Source of the DNA: a virus
Taxonomy: Duplodnaviria; Caudoviricetes
Virus record (IMG/VR): IMGVR_UViG_2731957907_000001
Span: 1 to 64,000 of that record
Strand: one strand, 5' to 3'
DNA: 64,000 nucleotides
The stretch's first letter is position 1. Each line of letters opens with the position of its first letter. Both the position numbers and the translations under genes were made by a program. The notes below the pieces were generated by a model. The model had not been told where the DNA came from. It was given only the letters and a program-made list of their open reading frames with translations, and did no database searches. Below are positions 9,922 to 20,228 of the stretch, one piece after another.

Positions 9922-11305
9922 AGACGACTTTATGCAGGATGCGGTTAACGAAATTGCCGCGTTCCCAACGATTTCCGCCCGCTATCAGATTGGTGACCCT
10001 CTCATTTTGCAGGGCCTGCAGGCGATTGCCGCCCAACTGGCTCATTTGAGCCAGCAAGTGGACGTGACGGGCGCCGAACCGTGGACGAAGGCCCGTGACG
10101 TTACGGTGCGTGCGGACGCGGCAGTGAAGGGCATCCTGCCATTTGGTACGCCCTGCATCGGGAAGCTGAAGGTTACCAACGGCACTGACCAGACCATGCG
10201 CGTGATAGCCGGCCGCACCCTGATGGATGCTCAGGGGCGTTTCTGGGTCGTTACGGGTGGCGCGACTGTGCTGGCCGGGGGCGTTAGCTACCTGACAGCC
10301 AAGCAGGTCAAAACCCGAAAGTTCACGCACCAGGTGAATGCGGTCCGATCGTTCTACACAGTGGCGGTCACCAACCCGGACATCGGCTATATCGCGGATC
10401 TGCGCGTGGAGGGGTTTGAGCGGAGCAATGATTTCGCCAACATCCTGCCAGGCGACAAGGTGTTCAACATCAAGTCGGACGAATACAGCGACCTGAGCCT
10501 GCAGTTCGGGATGGCCACGGCTGGCTATGTTCCGCAGATTGGCGAGGTGCTGACAGTCTCGGTGGATGACACTGAGGGCGGCTTGAGCCTGAGCGTGGGC
10601 ATGAGCTTCGCGTTCGAATACAACGAGCTGATGACCAGCAACATTGAGTCGAAAATCGTTCTCGAGCTCGAGGAGGTGCTGCAGCAGGGGGCAGACCCTA
10701 TGGACATCGCCACCATGCGCGAAATCTGCTCCTACCCCGCGATTTACGATGAGAGTGCTGTGTTTGGCTCGAACTTCGATTTTCTGGTGCGCAAGAAGAT
10801 CGTTCCTATCACCTTCCTGAGCATTTGGAACGAGCGGCGCGAGGAGCAGATTCGTGGCGCGAAGGTAGCGAACATGAACACGTTGTTCGTCGCTGCCCTG
10901 AAGGACGGCACCAGCAATGATGTCCTGCATGCCCAGATCCAGCAGTACATCCACCGCGCCGATGACAGTTACCGAATTCAGCGTGTGCCTGTGGTGGAAA
11001 AGGTCGTGGGGGTCACCCTGACCATGTTCATCACCTCGGTGTACGACCAGGCGGCTGTGAAAGAGGAAGTCCGAACGCTGATGCTCAAGGAATACGGCCG
11101 GGAATCGGCCTGGGCCAAGCGCGGCGAGGCCAAGATGCTGGAGAAGGACGTGTATCGAATGCTGACCGACAAAGTGGCTGCGCTCAGTCCGCGGCTGGGT
11201 AACCTGGTGATCAGCAACAACACCGCCGGCGCCGCGCAAAAGCCTGAGGAGTTCCGCTACATCACGGCGGGCAGCCTGATCCTGAGCGTGCAAGAGGCCG
11301 ACTGA
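9908..11305 (+). CDS. Baseplate J/gp6-like protein (BplA-like)
   Basis: LQFG...GYVPQIGE and GADPMDIATMR motifs; 465 aa. Confidence 0.7.
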   Translation: MAVTKDDFMQDAVNEIAAFPTISARYQIGDPLILQGLQAIAAQLAHLSQQVDVTGAEPWTKARDVTVRADAAVKGILPFGTPCIGKLKVTNGTDQTMRVIAGRTLMDAQGRFWVVTGGATVLAGGVSYLTAKQVKTRKFTHQVNAVRSFYTVAVTNPDIGYIADLRVEGFERSNDFANILPGDKVFNIKSDEYSDLSLQFGMATAGYVPQIGEVLTVSVDDTEGGLSLSVGMSFAFEYNELMTSNIESKIVLELEEVLQQGADPMDIATMREICSYPAIYDESAVFGSNFDFLVRKKIVPITFLSIWNERREEQIRGAKVANMNTLFVAALKDGTSNDVLHAQIQQYIHRADDSYRIQRVPVVEKVVGVTLTMFITSVYDQAAVKEEVRTLMLKEYGRESAWAKRGEAKMLEKDVYRMLTDKVAALSPRLGNLVISNNTAGAAQKPEEFRYITAGSLILSVQEAD

Positions 11306-11919
11306 TGAAGCTCACACCCCTGATCAAGAGCGCCGAAGCCGATGAGGTAGAGGCCGAGTTCAAGCAGCTATTCCTGCGCTTGTACCAGCAGCGGGTAGCC
11401 CCAAGCGTGAACGCCATCAACCTCTACGGTATGCCTATGCTGGGCGATACCTCACTGCTCGAGCGGTATATCTCGATCGACGGCCTGGCCGTATTGCGCA
11501 CCACCACCGTGGACGAAATCCGCCATCTGTTCCATGCCTGGCGCTACAACAACCCGCAGCGCGGTACGGCGTTCCTCAAGGCCTACCTGAATGCACTGTT
11601 CGGCCCAGTCTATACGGTGTCTCAGCTCTGGTGCCCGATAAAAGGCAGGTACCCAGACGACGCAATCAGCGAGGAGGAAATCGCGAGCATTGGCGCCAAC
11701 AAGGCCGATTACTTCCTCACCAGTCGCTTGCGGGTCGACATTGAAACGAAAGTGGTTCCGGAGCGCATTTTGCGGGCGGCGCTCTCGGCTGTCGCTGCCA
11801 GGTTTGTGCTTGAGCTTCGCACAGCAAAAACGTTGAAATTCAGCTACAAAGTGGCCGCCCCCGCTCGGATGGTCATCACCTGCAGGGCCACCGGTTCAAC
11901 CGCGCTTGCAAGGCGCTAA
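11305..11919 (+). CDS. Baseplate wedge protein (P1 gp16 / gpI-like)
   Basis: RGTAFLKAYLNALFG motif; between J-like gene and fibre. Confidence 0.6.
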   Translation: MKLTPLIKSAEADEVEAEFKQLFLRLYQQRVAPSVNAINLYGMPMLGDTSLLERYISIDGLAVLRTTTVDEIRHLFHAWRYNNPQRGTAFLKAYLNALFGPVYTVSQLWCPIKGRYPDDAISEEEIASIGANKADYFLTSRLRVDIETKVVPERILRAALSAVAARFVLELRTAKTLKFSYKVAAPARMVITCRATGSTALARR

Positions 11920-11925
11920 AAGCGC

Positions 11926-11966
11926 GCAAACCCCCGGAAAATAGGGCCTTTTTGCGCCCGTAGCAT
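11926..11966 (+). promoter_or_regulatory. Putative late promoter
   Basis: GCAAACCCCCGGAAAAT box, TAGCAT. Confidence 0.75.
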
Positions 11967-11992
11967 TCCCAGATCAAGTATCTGGGGGTTCT

Positions 11993-14900
11993 ATGTACGA
12001 TCCGTTAATGATCAATCCAGCGATGACGCTGGGGGGTAAACAGGCTGCCTTCGCTGCCAGCAACAGCGGTATGTCGCTCAAGCTGACGCATGTGCAGTTC
12101 GGCATGGGGATGTATGACCCCAAGGGCACTGAGACGGCGCTGAAAAAGCCAGTCGGTAGCAGGATCACCCTGGCGGGCGGTGCTCGGCCTACCCAGTACC
12201 AAATCCGTATGCTGGCGGCTTGGCGGGAGGATCTTGGCGGCGAAACGCCTGTCACCGAGATTGGATACTACGCCGGCAATGTGCTGGCCTTCGTCTGGTC
12301 GAACAAGGAAGGCGAAGCCGCGTTCATCAAGACCGACGGTGTGCCCGCCGTCTTGTTCTCGGATATCGCCTTTGAATCCGTTCCCGCGGGCAGCGTGGAT
12401 ATCACCGTCGACCCCGCTGAGCAGATCGCGCTCGCCGCACTCGCCGCCCACGAATCGGCCAGTAATGCCCACCCGCAGTACGTTGAGCATGCTCTGTTCC
12501 CCGATGCTCAGGCCGATATGTGGATGTCCGTCACTGGATCGGCCAATGCCCTGGTACTGACGCCTCCGATCGACGTGAAGGTGCCGGCGTACAAAACCGG
12601 TCAGGCGTTTCGCTTTAAAGCGGCCTACTCCAGCACAGGCCCTGTTTCGGCAAACATCGCAGGCCTGGGCGCCAAGGCCGTGGTTAAGACCGGTGGGACC
12701 GTGCTGGCGCCAGGCGACCTGCGCGTTGGTGCGATCTACGACCTGATCTATGACGGCGCGCGCTTCCAGCTCGCCGGCGGCGTGGGCGGCGGTCAGTTCT
12801 ACGTCGAATGGCCCACGGTGGCCACCGCCAACCAGACTACTTTCAGCGGCGCCTACACCCCGGGCAGCGAAATGGTATTCGTCAACGGTGACAAGCTCGC
12901 CAAGGACAAATACACCGCTACAGACGGTCAGTCGTACACCCTGTCCACCGGGGTAGCGGCCGGTGCGCTGGTCACAATGGTGGCCTTCAGCACGTTTGCG
13001 GTTGCAGATACCTATACCAAGGGCGAGTACCAGTCGTTCGTCGCCACCTTAGGCCAAGCTCAAGACAAGGCCACGAAGGTCGTAGACCGCTGGATGAACC
13101 CCAACTTGGTTCACGCTGCGATCACTGCCCGCACCCAATCCACCCTGTACGAAACCACGGCAGGTGCTCTATTGGTGCCAGGCTCGTTCGGCGCCGGCGC
13201 CACCAAGCTCAATGCCACGTCCAGCATCGACAACTTGACCGCCAGCGGCACCTACGGGTGGGGCACCGCCACCACAGGACGTCCGGTTGACGGCGAGGCC
13301 GGCGAAGTCATCCATATGACGGGTGACACCACAGCCTTTGCCACGCAGCTGGTTACCAGCCACACCAGCAAGCGCGCTTGGCTGCGCCGCAAGAACAACA
13401 ACTCCTGGTCGCAGGTCGAGCTGTTCACGTCAGACAACCAGCTCAGTATCGGGACCAGTCCCCAGTCCGCTCGAGAAGCCCTGGAGTTGGGTAACGCTGC
13501 GCAGGCAACGCTCACCAGTAACGCGCGTGACAGCACGGTCGGCAGGGTATTGCGGGTCGGTGACTTCGGGCTGGGTACCACTGACCTTGTGGACCTGCAG
13601 CTGGACATGGACACGCTGACGGCCACCGGCTTCTACCTGGTAACCGCCAGTTCCACCAATGCGCCGATGCCAGGTTCGACTGGCATGGTCATCGTTATGA
13701 CCAATGCCAGCAAGTGGACGCAACAACTGTTCATGCCGCAAGGCTCAACCCGCATGTTCCAGCGGGCCAGTAACAATGGCGTCTGGACCGCGTGGACTGA
13801 ATCGTGGTCATCCAGCAACCTGGTTAAGACTTCCAAGAACAGCGACAGCACGCTGGGCCGCATGCTGCAGGTGGGCGACTTCGGTATTGGGTCGCTCGAC
13901 CTGGCCGCCAACAACATCGTGGACGACGTAGACGATGTGACGCTTCCCAATGGCACCTATGGCGTAAACAGCCAGACGCTGGGCAGCAAGCCAAATACAT
14001 GGGGCATCCTGCAGGTCGTGGGCCGCAAGAACCAAGCAGGCACCTCGGCTCGAATCACCCAGACCTTCATCGAAACCGATGCGGGATACCCGCGTGAATG
14101 GAAACGGGCTTACAAGGCATCTGGGTCGTCTTGGTCGGACTGGGTAGAAGTCTGGACCGGGCAGAACGCCCAGAAAACCCAGAGTACGACTGATACCACT
14201 GCCGGGCGCCTGGTGCGCGTGGGTGACTATGGGCTAGGCGCGCAGCTGTCGGTAATTGACGCGAACGATGCGATTGTCGCTGGATTCTATCGGCTCGATG
14301 GGACCTACAAAAACAGTCCAGTCGCCAATGCCCCGGTCTGGCTTCTAGTCCAAGTGTTCAATAGCAGTGTGGTGCAGTATGCCTCGTTGGCTGGCACACC
14401 CACCGCAGACCTTTGGATCCGCAAGAAGGTTGGAGCTACAGGCGTCTGGGGCCCGTGGGCTGAATTCTCGAAGGTCGGTGACTTCGGCGTCGGCGCCACT
14501 ACCATGGCGGGCATCAAGAACATTGACGATCAGTCGCTTGCCAACGGCTGGTACGCCGTGATTTCGGCCACTGTTGGCGACAAGCCGGCGAGCTTTGGTG
14601 TGCTGCAGGTGAGTGGGCGGAATAACTTCTCCGGCTCGGGCGGGCGTGTAGCTCAGACGTTCTTCGCAACCGATGGTGTCCCGCGGATGTGGAGCCGGAC
14701 TTACACCGGTACCGGTCCTGACACTGCATGGAGCGCTTGGGCAGAGTCCTGGACCCGGGCCAACCTCCAGAAAACCGAGTCCGTAGATGACAGCACTGTT
14801 GGGCGCATGCTCAAGGTTGGGGACTTCGGCATTGGCTCGGTTGCAGCCGTGTCACTGGGTGCCAACAGCCTCGATGACATCGCCGCCAGCGGTTTCTATT

Positions 14901-17900
14901 TCGGCGTCAAAGGTACAACCCCGGGCGTCTGGCCCAGCGGTCAAGCCAAGTGCGACCTGAATAGCCCGGTCATCATTCATGCTGCTGCCAACACAAGCGC
15001 TTCGCAAAGCCAGCTGCTCATCGATCGGGACTCGAACACGTTCTACTACCGTGGTCGGGCGTCCAGCGCCTGGAAACCATGGGTCAAAGTTGCTACGCCT
15101 GAAGACATCACCACAGCCCTTGCTTTGGTTGGGCTGGGACTGACTGGCGCCGCGAACGCGATAGCAGGGGGTACTGACCTCAACAAAATCGTTACCTCGG
15201 GCTCCTACGGGCAGTCGCAGAATGCTCAGGCCAGCCTTTCGCTCAACTACCCGATCGCCAAGGCGGGCTCGCTATTCGTCCAGAACGGCGGTACAGCGAT
15301 CACTACTCAGCTCTACCAGGAATACGACACAGGAAGGGTGTGGAACCGGTCGCGGTACAACCAGACCTGGTCGGCCTGGTCCATGTGCTGGGATACGGAC
15401 ACCTTGGCTAAGACCGAGAGCGCCACCGATACCACGGCCGGTCGGCTGCTCAAGGTTGGTGACTTTGGCCTGGGCGGCCAGCTGGCTGTAACCGATGCGA
15501 ACGATGCGGTGCTCTCGGGCTTCTATCGCCTGAGCAGCCCCTACAAGAACAGCCCGTTCCAGGATAAGCCCTCGTTCCTGCTGGTCCTGGCCTACGACAC
15601 CAACGTCGTCCAGTACGCTTCGGTAGCAGGCAACACCACTGCTGATCTGTGGGTGCGGAAAAAGCTGTGGAGCACAGGCGCTTGGGGTGCCTGGACCGAA
15701 GTCGTCAAAGTCGGTGACTACGGCCTCGGGGCAGTCTCGCTCCCCTACATCACTGACATCAACGACCAAAGTTTGGGTAATGGCTGGTACGCCGTAAACC
15801 CCGCCGTATCTGGCGATCGGCCCGATGGCGGCAACTACGGCGTGCTGCTGGTCAGTGGGCGAGCCAACAAAGCGGGTAACGGCGGCCGTGTTGCGCAGAC
15901 GTTCTTCTCCACTGAGGGAACCGCACCGCGTGTCTGGAACCGTATTTTCTACGGTACCACCTCGCTATTGACCTGGAGCGCCTGGGTTGAGTCTTGGACC
16001 ACGGGCAACCTCGAGAAAACTGAGTCTGCTTGGGATGCGACAGCAGGGCGAATGCTCAAGGTCGGTGACTTCGGACTCGGCTCAGGCGGCGTACCGCTCA
16101 ACGGCACCAACATCGACAACCTGTTCGCGAGCGGCTTTTACTTCGGCGCCAAGGGCACGACGCCTGGCACATGGCCAAGTGGGGCTAAAACCTGCGATCT
16201 GAATTACCCACTGGTCATTCATGTTGCCGCCCCGCAAAACACGGCCGCTCACGGCCAATACCTGATGGATCGTGATACCAACACAGTCTATTACCGCGCG
16301 CGCACCAGCAGCTGGAAACCATGGCAGAAGATGGCGACCACCGGCGATATCACTGACGCCTTGGGCGCCGTGGGTCTAGGCCTCACCGGCGTGGCCAACG
16401 CCATTCCTGCCGGTAGCAACCTCAACAACTATGTCACTTCGGGGTCTTTCGGCCAGGCCCTGAATGCCCAGACCAGCCTGGATCTGAACTATCCAATTGC
16501 CAAGGCTGGCACGCTGTTTGTCCAGAACGGCGGCACAGGGATCACCACCCAGCTGTACCAGGAGTTCAGCAACGGGCGGACATGGAACCGCTCGCGCTAC
16601 AACGATGTGTGGTCGACGTGGTCGATGTGCTGGGACACCGACACGCTGGTCAAAACGTCGGGGGACCTGGACTCGACCCCTGGTCGCATGCTCAAGGTTG
16701 GTGACTATGGCATTGGCCTGACGAAGGCGCCGAAAACGGTTATCGCCAGTGAGGCCGAGTGGGCCAAGCCCGCTGGTTGGAGTGGGTTCATTGATGTTGC
16801 CGCCACCAAAGCCAAGGGCGTAACGGTTCCCACCAGCGTTACAGGGGTGATGCCCACCTATGGCATGTGGCAAATCCTGGGCCGGCGCGATGCCCAAGAT
16901 GGCTATACCGGTGTCTTCACTGACTATGGCACTGGCCGGATGTGGATCGGCTATCAAACGGTCGGCGGTAACCCGATCATCTTCAAAGAGGTGCTGAGCG
17001 AAACCAACGTTTCTCCCTTCGCACTCACTCTGCTGGACGATGTGAACCAGGCCGCAGCCCAGGCGACCTTGGGTATCCCTGCCCTGATCAACTCCCTGGT
17101 CTACGGCATCACCACCAAGGATATTTCCGGGAAGAACAACGTAACGCTGACCGCCACTGAGGCCGCCGCCGGCGTGCTGTGGTTCACCGGTACCCTGACA
17201 GGCAACGTAGATGTCATCGTTCCGCTTGGCCAAAGCAAATGGACGGTTTACAACCGAACCTCAGGCGACTTCGGGGTGCGCATCAAGACCGCATCCGGGG
17301 TTGGCCAGTGGGTGCCGCAAGGCATGCAAGCCGATATCGTCAATGGCGGCACGAACTGCTATTTCGGGGCCAACGCGTTCCCAGAGGGCAAGTTCAATGG
17401 CCCACTGACTGTCGAATCGACTAACGGCCTGAGGCTCATCGACTCAGGGCGTAAGTACGGCACCATCTGGCGCAACGACGGCACTACCCTTTACCTGCTA
17501 CTGACCGCTTTGAACGACCCAGAGGGCGGCTGGAGCGCCCTGCGACCGTTCCAGGTTGAGCTGGCGACGGGCATGCCTTCGTTCGCCAATGGCGCAAAGG
17601 TTGCGGCTCCCCCTGCTCGGGACAAGTCCACCCAAGCACCTAACAGCGCGTGGGTGCAGAACGAAATCGAGTACAACACCCGTCGCTATACCAGCGTGGG
17701 CATCGGCGCCAGCGGTAACATTACGCTTTCGGCAGCGAATGCCGGCCGCTGGACAAATATGACCGCGGTCGGGTCGACCGCCACCCTCCCGTCAAGCAGC
17801 TCGATTGGCGATGGCCTTGTTTACCAGATCCGCAACCAAGCCGCAGGGGACGTGAATATCACTCACCCAGGCGGAAACATCCAGCAGGAGCTGGGTAACA

Positions 17901-18529
17901 ACAAGGCTACGATGGTCCTGAAGTACAACGAGTGGGTAGAGCTGACTAGCAGCGGCACAAGCTACTGGATCACGGGCCGTGGAAAGCTCGAGGAAGTTGC
18001 CACAGTAAGCCTGTTGGGTGACCGCGTGGGCGAAGTTGCATTCTTCGCCGGCGACACGCCGCCAGATGGCTTCATGAAGCGCAACGGCGCGGCAATTTCT
18101 CGAACGACCTATAGCGCGCTGTTCGCCAAGATCGGTACCACATATGGCGCCGGTGATGGCTCGAACACCTTCAACCTGCCGGATGACCGCGGCCTATTTG
18201 TTCGTGGTTGGTCGGACGGAGCCGACTATGACCCTGGCCGGGTTTTCGGCTCGATCCAGGAAGGCCAGAACGCCGCGCACAACCACAAAGCTTATACAGC
18301 CGCTGCCGGTGCGCACTCCCATACGATGACGTTTATCCGCGAAAGGATTACCGCCGGTTTCGTGATGGAGGGGGGTAACGCTGTGTTTGGCGACCAGCTG
18401 AGCGACGGCACGCAGACGCTGACATCCAGCACATACCCGGCGCACGTTCACACCGTGAGCGTTCATGACAGCGGTGGCGACGAAGCACGCCCAGTCAACC
18501 GCGCATACCTGCCCTGCATCAAATATTGA
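11993..18529 (+). CDS. Long modular tail fibre
   Basis: N-terminal fibre anchor, HPQY, about 12 knob-like modules joined by GRxLxVGD[FY]G-type linkers, C-terminal collar (TFNLPDDRGLFVRG...EARPVN). Confidence 0.9.
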   Translation: MYDPLMINPAMTLGGKQAAFAASNSGMSLKLTHVQFGMGMYDPKGTETALKKPVGSRITLAGGARPTQYQIRMLAAWREDLGGETPVTEIGYYAGNVLAFVWSNKEGEAAFIKTDGVPAVLFSDIAFESVPAGSVDITVDPAEQIALAALAAHESASNAHPQYVEHALFPDAQADMWMSVTGSANALVLTPPIDVKVPAYKTGQAFRFKAAYSSTGPVSANIAGLGAKAVVKTGGTVLAPGDLRVGAIYDLIYDGARFQLAGGVGGGQFYVEWPTVATANQTTFSGAYTPGSEMVFVNGDKLAKDKYTATDGQSYTLSTGVAAGALVTMVAFSTFAVADTYTKGEYQSFVATLGQAQDKATKVVDRWMNPNLVHAAITARTQSTLYETTAGALLVPGSFGAGATKLNATSSIDNLTASGTYGWGTATTGRPVDGEAGEVIHMTGDTTAFATQLVTSHTSKRAWLRRKNNNSWSQVELFTSDNQLSIGTSPQSAREALELGNAAQATLTSNARDSTVGRVLRVGDFGLGTTDLVDLQLDMDTLTATGFYLVTASSTNAPMPGSTGMVIVMTNASKWTQQLFMPQGSTRMFQRASNNGVWTAWTESWSSSNLVKTSKNSDSTLGRMLQVGDFGIGSLDLAANNIVDDVDDVTLPNGTYGVNSQTLGSKPNTWGILQVVGRKNQAGTSARITQTFIETDAGYPREWKRAYKASGSSWSDWVEVWTGQNAQKTQSTTDTTAGRLVRVGDYGLGAQLSVIDANDAIVAGFYRLDGTYKNSPVANAPVWLLVQVFNSSVVQYASLAGTPTADLWIRKKVGATGVWGPWAEFSKVGDFGVGATTMAGIKNIDDQSLANGWYAVISATVGDKPASFGVLQVSGRNNFSGSGGRVAQTFFATDGVPRMWSRTYTGTGPDTAWSAWAESWTRANLQKTESVDDSTVGRMLKVGDFGIGSVAAVSLGANSLDDIAASGFYFGVKGTTPGVWPSGQAKCDLNSPVIIHAAANTSASQSQLLIDRDSNTFYYRGRASSAWKPWVKVATPEDITTALALVGLGLTGAANAIAGGTDLNKIVTSGSYGQSQNAQASLSLNYPIAKAGSLFVQNGGTAITTQLYQEYDTGRVWNRSRYNQTWSAWSMCWDTDTLAKTESATDTTAGRLLKVGDFGLGGQLAVTDANDAVLSGFYRLSSPYKNSPFQDKPSFLLVLAYDTNVVQYASVAGNTTADLWVRKKLWSTGAWGAWTEVVKVGDYGLGAVSLPYITDINDQSLGNGWYAVNPAVSGDRPDGGNYGVLLVSGRANKAGNGGRVAQTFFSTEGTAPRVWNRIFYGTTSLLTWSAWVESWTTGNLEKTESAWDATAGRMLKVGDFGLGSGGVPLNGTNIDNLFASGFYFGAKGTTPGTWPSGAKTCDLNYPLVIHVAAPQNTAAHGQYLMDRDTNTVYYRARTSSWKPWQKMATTGDITDALGAVGLGLTGVANAIPAGSNLNNYVTSGSFGQALNAQTSLDLNYPIAKAGTLFVQNGGTGITTQLYQEFSNGRTWNRSRYNDVWSTWSMCWDTDTLVKTSGDLDSTPGRMLKVGDYGIGLTKAPKTVIASEAEWAKPAGWSGFIDVAATKAKGVTVPTSVTGVMPTYGMWQILGRRDAQDGYTGVFTDYGTGRMWIGYQTVGGNPIIFKEVLSETNVSPFALTLLDDVNQAAAQATLGIPALINSLVYGITTKDISGKNNVTLTATEAAAGVLWFTGTLTGNVDVIVPLGQSKWTVYNRTSGDFGVRIKTASGVGQWVPQGMQADIVNGGTNCYFGANAFPEGKFNGPLTVESTNGLRLIDSGRKYGTIWRNDGTTLYLLLTALNDPEGGWSALRPFQVELATGMPSFANGAKVAAPPARDKSTQAPNSAWVQNEIEYNTRRYTSVGIGASGNITLSAANAGRWTNMTAVGSTATLPSSSSIGDGLVYQIRNQAAGDVNITHPGGNIQQELGNNKATMVLKYNEWVELTSSGTSYWITGRGKLEEVATVSLLGDRVGEVAFFAGDTPPDGFMKRNGAAISRTTYSALFAKIGTTYGAGDGSNTFNLPDDRGLFVRGWSDGADYDPGRVFGSIQEGQNAAHNHKAYTAAAGAHSHTMTFIRERITAGFVMEGGNAVFGDQLSDGTQTLTSSTYPAHVHTVSVHDSGGDEARPVNRAYLPCIKY

Positions 18530-18539
18530 GGTTTTAGCT

Positions 18540-19406
18540 ATGACCCTACAAATCGAACAACAGACCGAGCCACAGAATGAGAGCGCAGCGCCGGTAACAA
18601 GTTGGTGGAAAGTTGAAGGCATCCAGGCACCACGGGTGAGTAGTTACAACCCCTACACCCGTGAGTTCACCGGCATTGGCACAGCCGACCCCAGCCCTCT
18701 GGAACGTGGTGTGTGGTTGATCCCTGGCTTGGCAGTCATTGGGGAAGCCCCGACACCCCAACCTGGGCATGTGATGGTCCTCGAGCAGGATGGTCGCAGC
18801 TGGGTAGAGGTAGTCGACCATCGTGGCAAGACTGTGTACAGCGTCGAAACACAGGAGGCTGTGGTCTGGGGCGCCTTGGGCGATCTTCCGGACACCTATA
18901 CCTTCCTCGAGCCACAAGGCCGGTTCACTACGTGGGACGGCTCAGCCTGGGTTGAAGACCAGGCCCTGAAAACCGCTGCATTGAAGGAAAACGCGTTGCT
19001 CAAGCAGCAGCACCTTACCCAGCTGGCAAAAGAGAACATTGGGCGGCTCACGCTGGCCGTTCGCCTTGAAATGGCCACCGTCCAAGAGGTTGAACGGCTC
19101 AAGGCATGGGAAGTTTACCTGGTGCTTCTGGGCCGGCTTGAGCCCATGCAGATCCTGCCGAGCGTCAGCGACTGGCCAGCCGCACCTGTTGCTGACGCTG
19201 TGAATCTCTGGCTAGCGAGCGTGCATTTCGAAGACTTGGCCGAACAGCTGGCAGCTGAAGACACACCAAGCACCGAAAGCACCGAAAGCACCGAAAGCAC
19301 CAGCGTCCAAGCCGTGGCAGAAACACCTGGTGACTCAGGCGCCACTAGCACCAAAAGCACTAAAGGTGCAAAAAGCACTAAGAGCACTAAAGGTTCTGCC
19401 GAGTAA
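18540..19406 (+). CDS. Tail fibre assembly chaperone
   Basis: DPSPLE.GVWLIP, DHRGKTVYS, W...V.L.R, WP..P motifs; S/T/K-rich tail. Confidence 0.85.
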   Translation: MTLQIEQQTEPQNESAAPVTSWWKVEGIQAPRVSSYNPYTREFTGIGTADPSPLERGVWLIPGLAVIGEAPTPQPGHVMVLEQDGRSWVEVVDHRGKTVYSVETQEAVVWGALGDLPDTYTFLEPQGRFTTWDGSAWVEDQALKTAALKENALLKQQHLTQLAKENIGRLTLAVRLEMATVQEVERLKAWEVYLVLLGRLEPMQILPSVSDWPAAPVADAVNLWLASVHFEDLAEQLAAEDTPSTESTESTESTSVQAVAETPGDSGATSTKSTKGAKSTKSTKGSAE

Positions 19407-19454
19407 GGCGAAGCCCACATAACGCGCCAGCCTCGCGCTGGCGCTTGCGAGGAC

Positions 19455-20228
19455 ATGATGGCGCAAGATTTAAACGGCAGCTTTGACCAGATCAATGCGG
19501 CGTGGGGGCAGTACATGAACCGCTGGTTCAGCGAGCTGTATGCCAATACCAAGCCCGTAGAGGGCTTTCGGGCCAGACCATTCAGCAAGGCTGTGATGTG
19601 GGCGCCAATGCGAATGATCGATGCGGCCGAAGACATGCTGGCGGCCTACCGCAAGAACATGAACGGTCCTGACGGTGCGAATACCCTGTTTCCGATCGTC
19701 TTGATGGCTGTGGACCCGAACTACCTGGGCACCGGCGCTGACTTCGGCGGCGATCATATCGCCCGTCGCCTGCTCCAGATTGAGGAAGGTGGGTCCTGGT
19801 ACGGCTATCAGCACTCTCTGGTCGACCAGCGCCTGCAGGTGGTCGTCATCGCCAGCGAGAGCACTTCGGCCAAGAGCCTGTGCGGCCAGCTGTCAGCATT
19901 CGTGAAGCGGCCGAGCAACCGCTACCTGTCCGCCGATTATCGATTCGGGCAGTACAGCATCCCAGGCCCAATAACCCTTGAAACCAATCGCATCGACTGG
20001 ATGGAGGTCAAGACCAGCCTGAAGAACATCAAGATACTGGCCGCTGACTTCATCCTCAAATGCACGGTCCCGCACCTGGATGCACCTGGTCCAGATGAGC
20101 CAAACGACGGTACTGCACACAACCCGCCTGGCTACCCGCTGGTGCAGGAAATCCAAATTGATGACGTTGCAGCCAAGACGCGCAGCAATACGTCTGCAGG
20201 CGGCACCAGCTGGAGCCGGTTGGAATGA
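19455..20228 (+). CDS. Putative tail completion/terminator protein
   Basis: Position in tail module; no diagnostic motif. Confidence 0.45.
   Translation: MMAQDLNGSFDQINAAWGQYMNRWFSELYANTKPVEGFRARPFSKAVMWAPMRMIDAAEDMLAAYRKNMNGPDGANTLFPIVLMAVDPNYLGTGADFGGDHIARRLLQIEEGGSWYGYQHSLVDQRLQVVVIASESTSAKSLCGQLSAFVKRPSNRYLSADYRFGQYSIPGPITLETNRIDWMEVKTSLKNIKILAADFILKCTVPHLDAPGPDEPNDGTAHNPPGYPLVQEIQIDDVAAKTRSNTSAGGTSWSRLE

Noticed and set aside
11993-19406. Diversity-generating retroelement or Cin-type invertible fibre segment
   Set aside because: No reverse transcriptase or serine invertase; differences between the duplicated blocks are not adenine-specific.
19408-19448. GCGAAGCCC as another late promoter
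   Set aside because: No NANNNT at the conserved distance; only a short hairpin is present.
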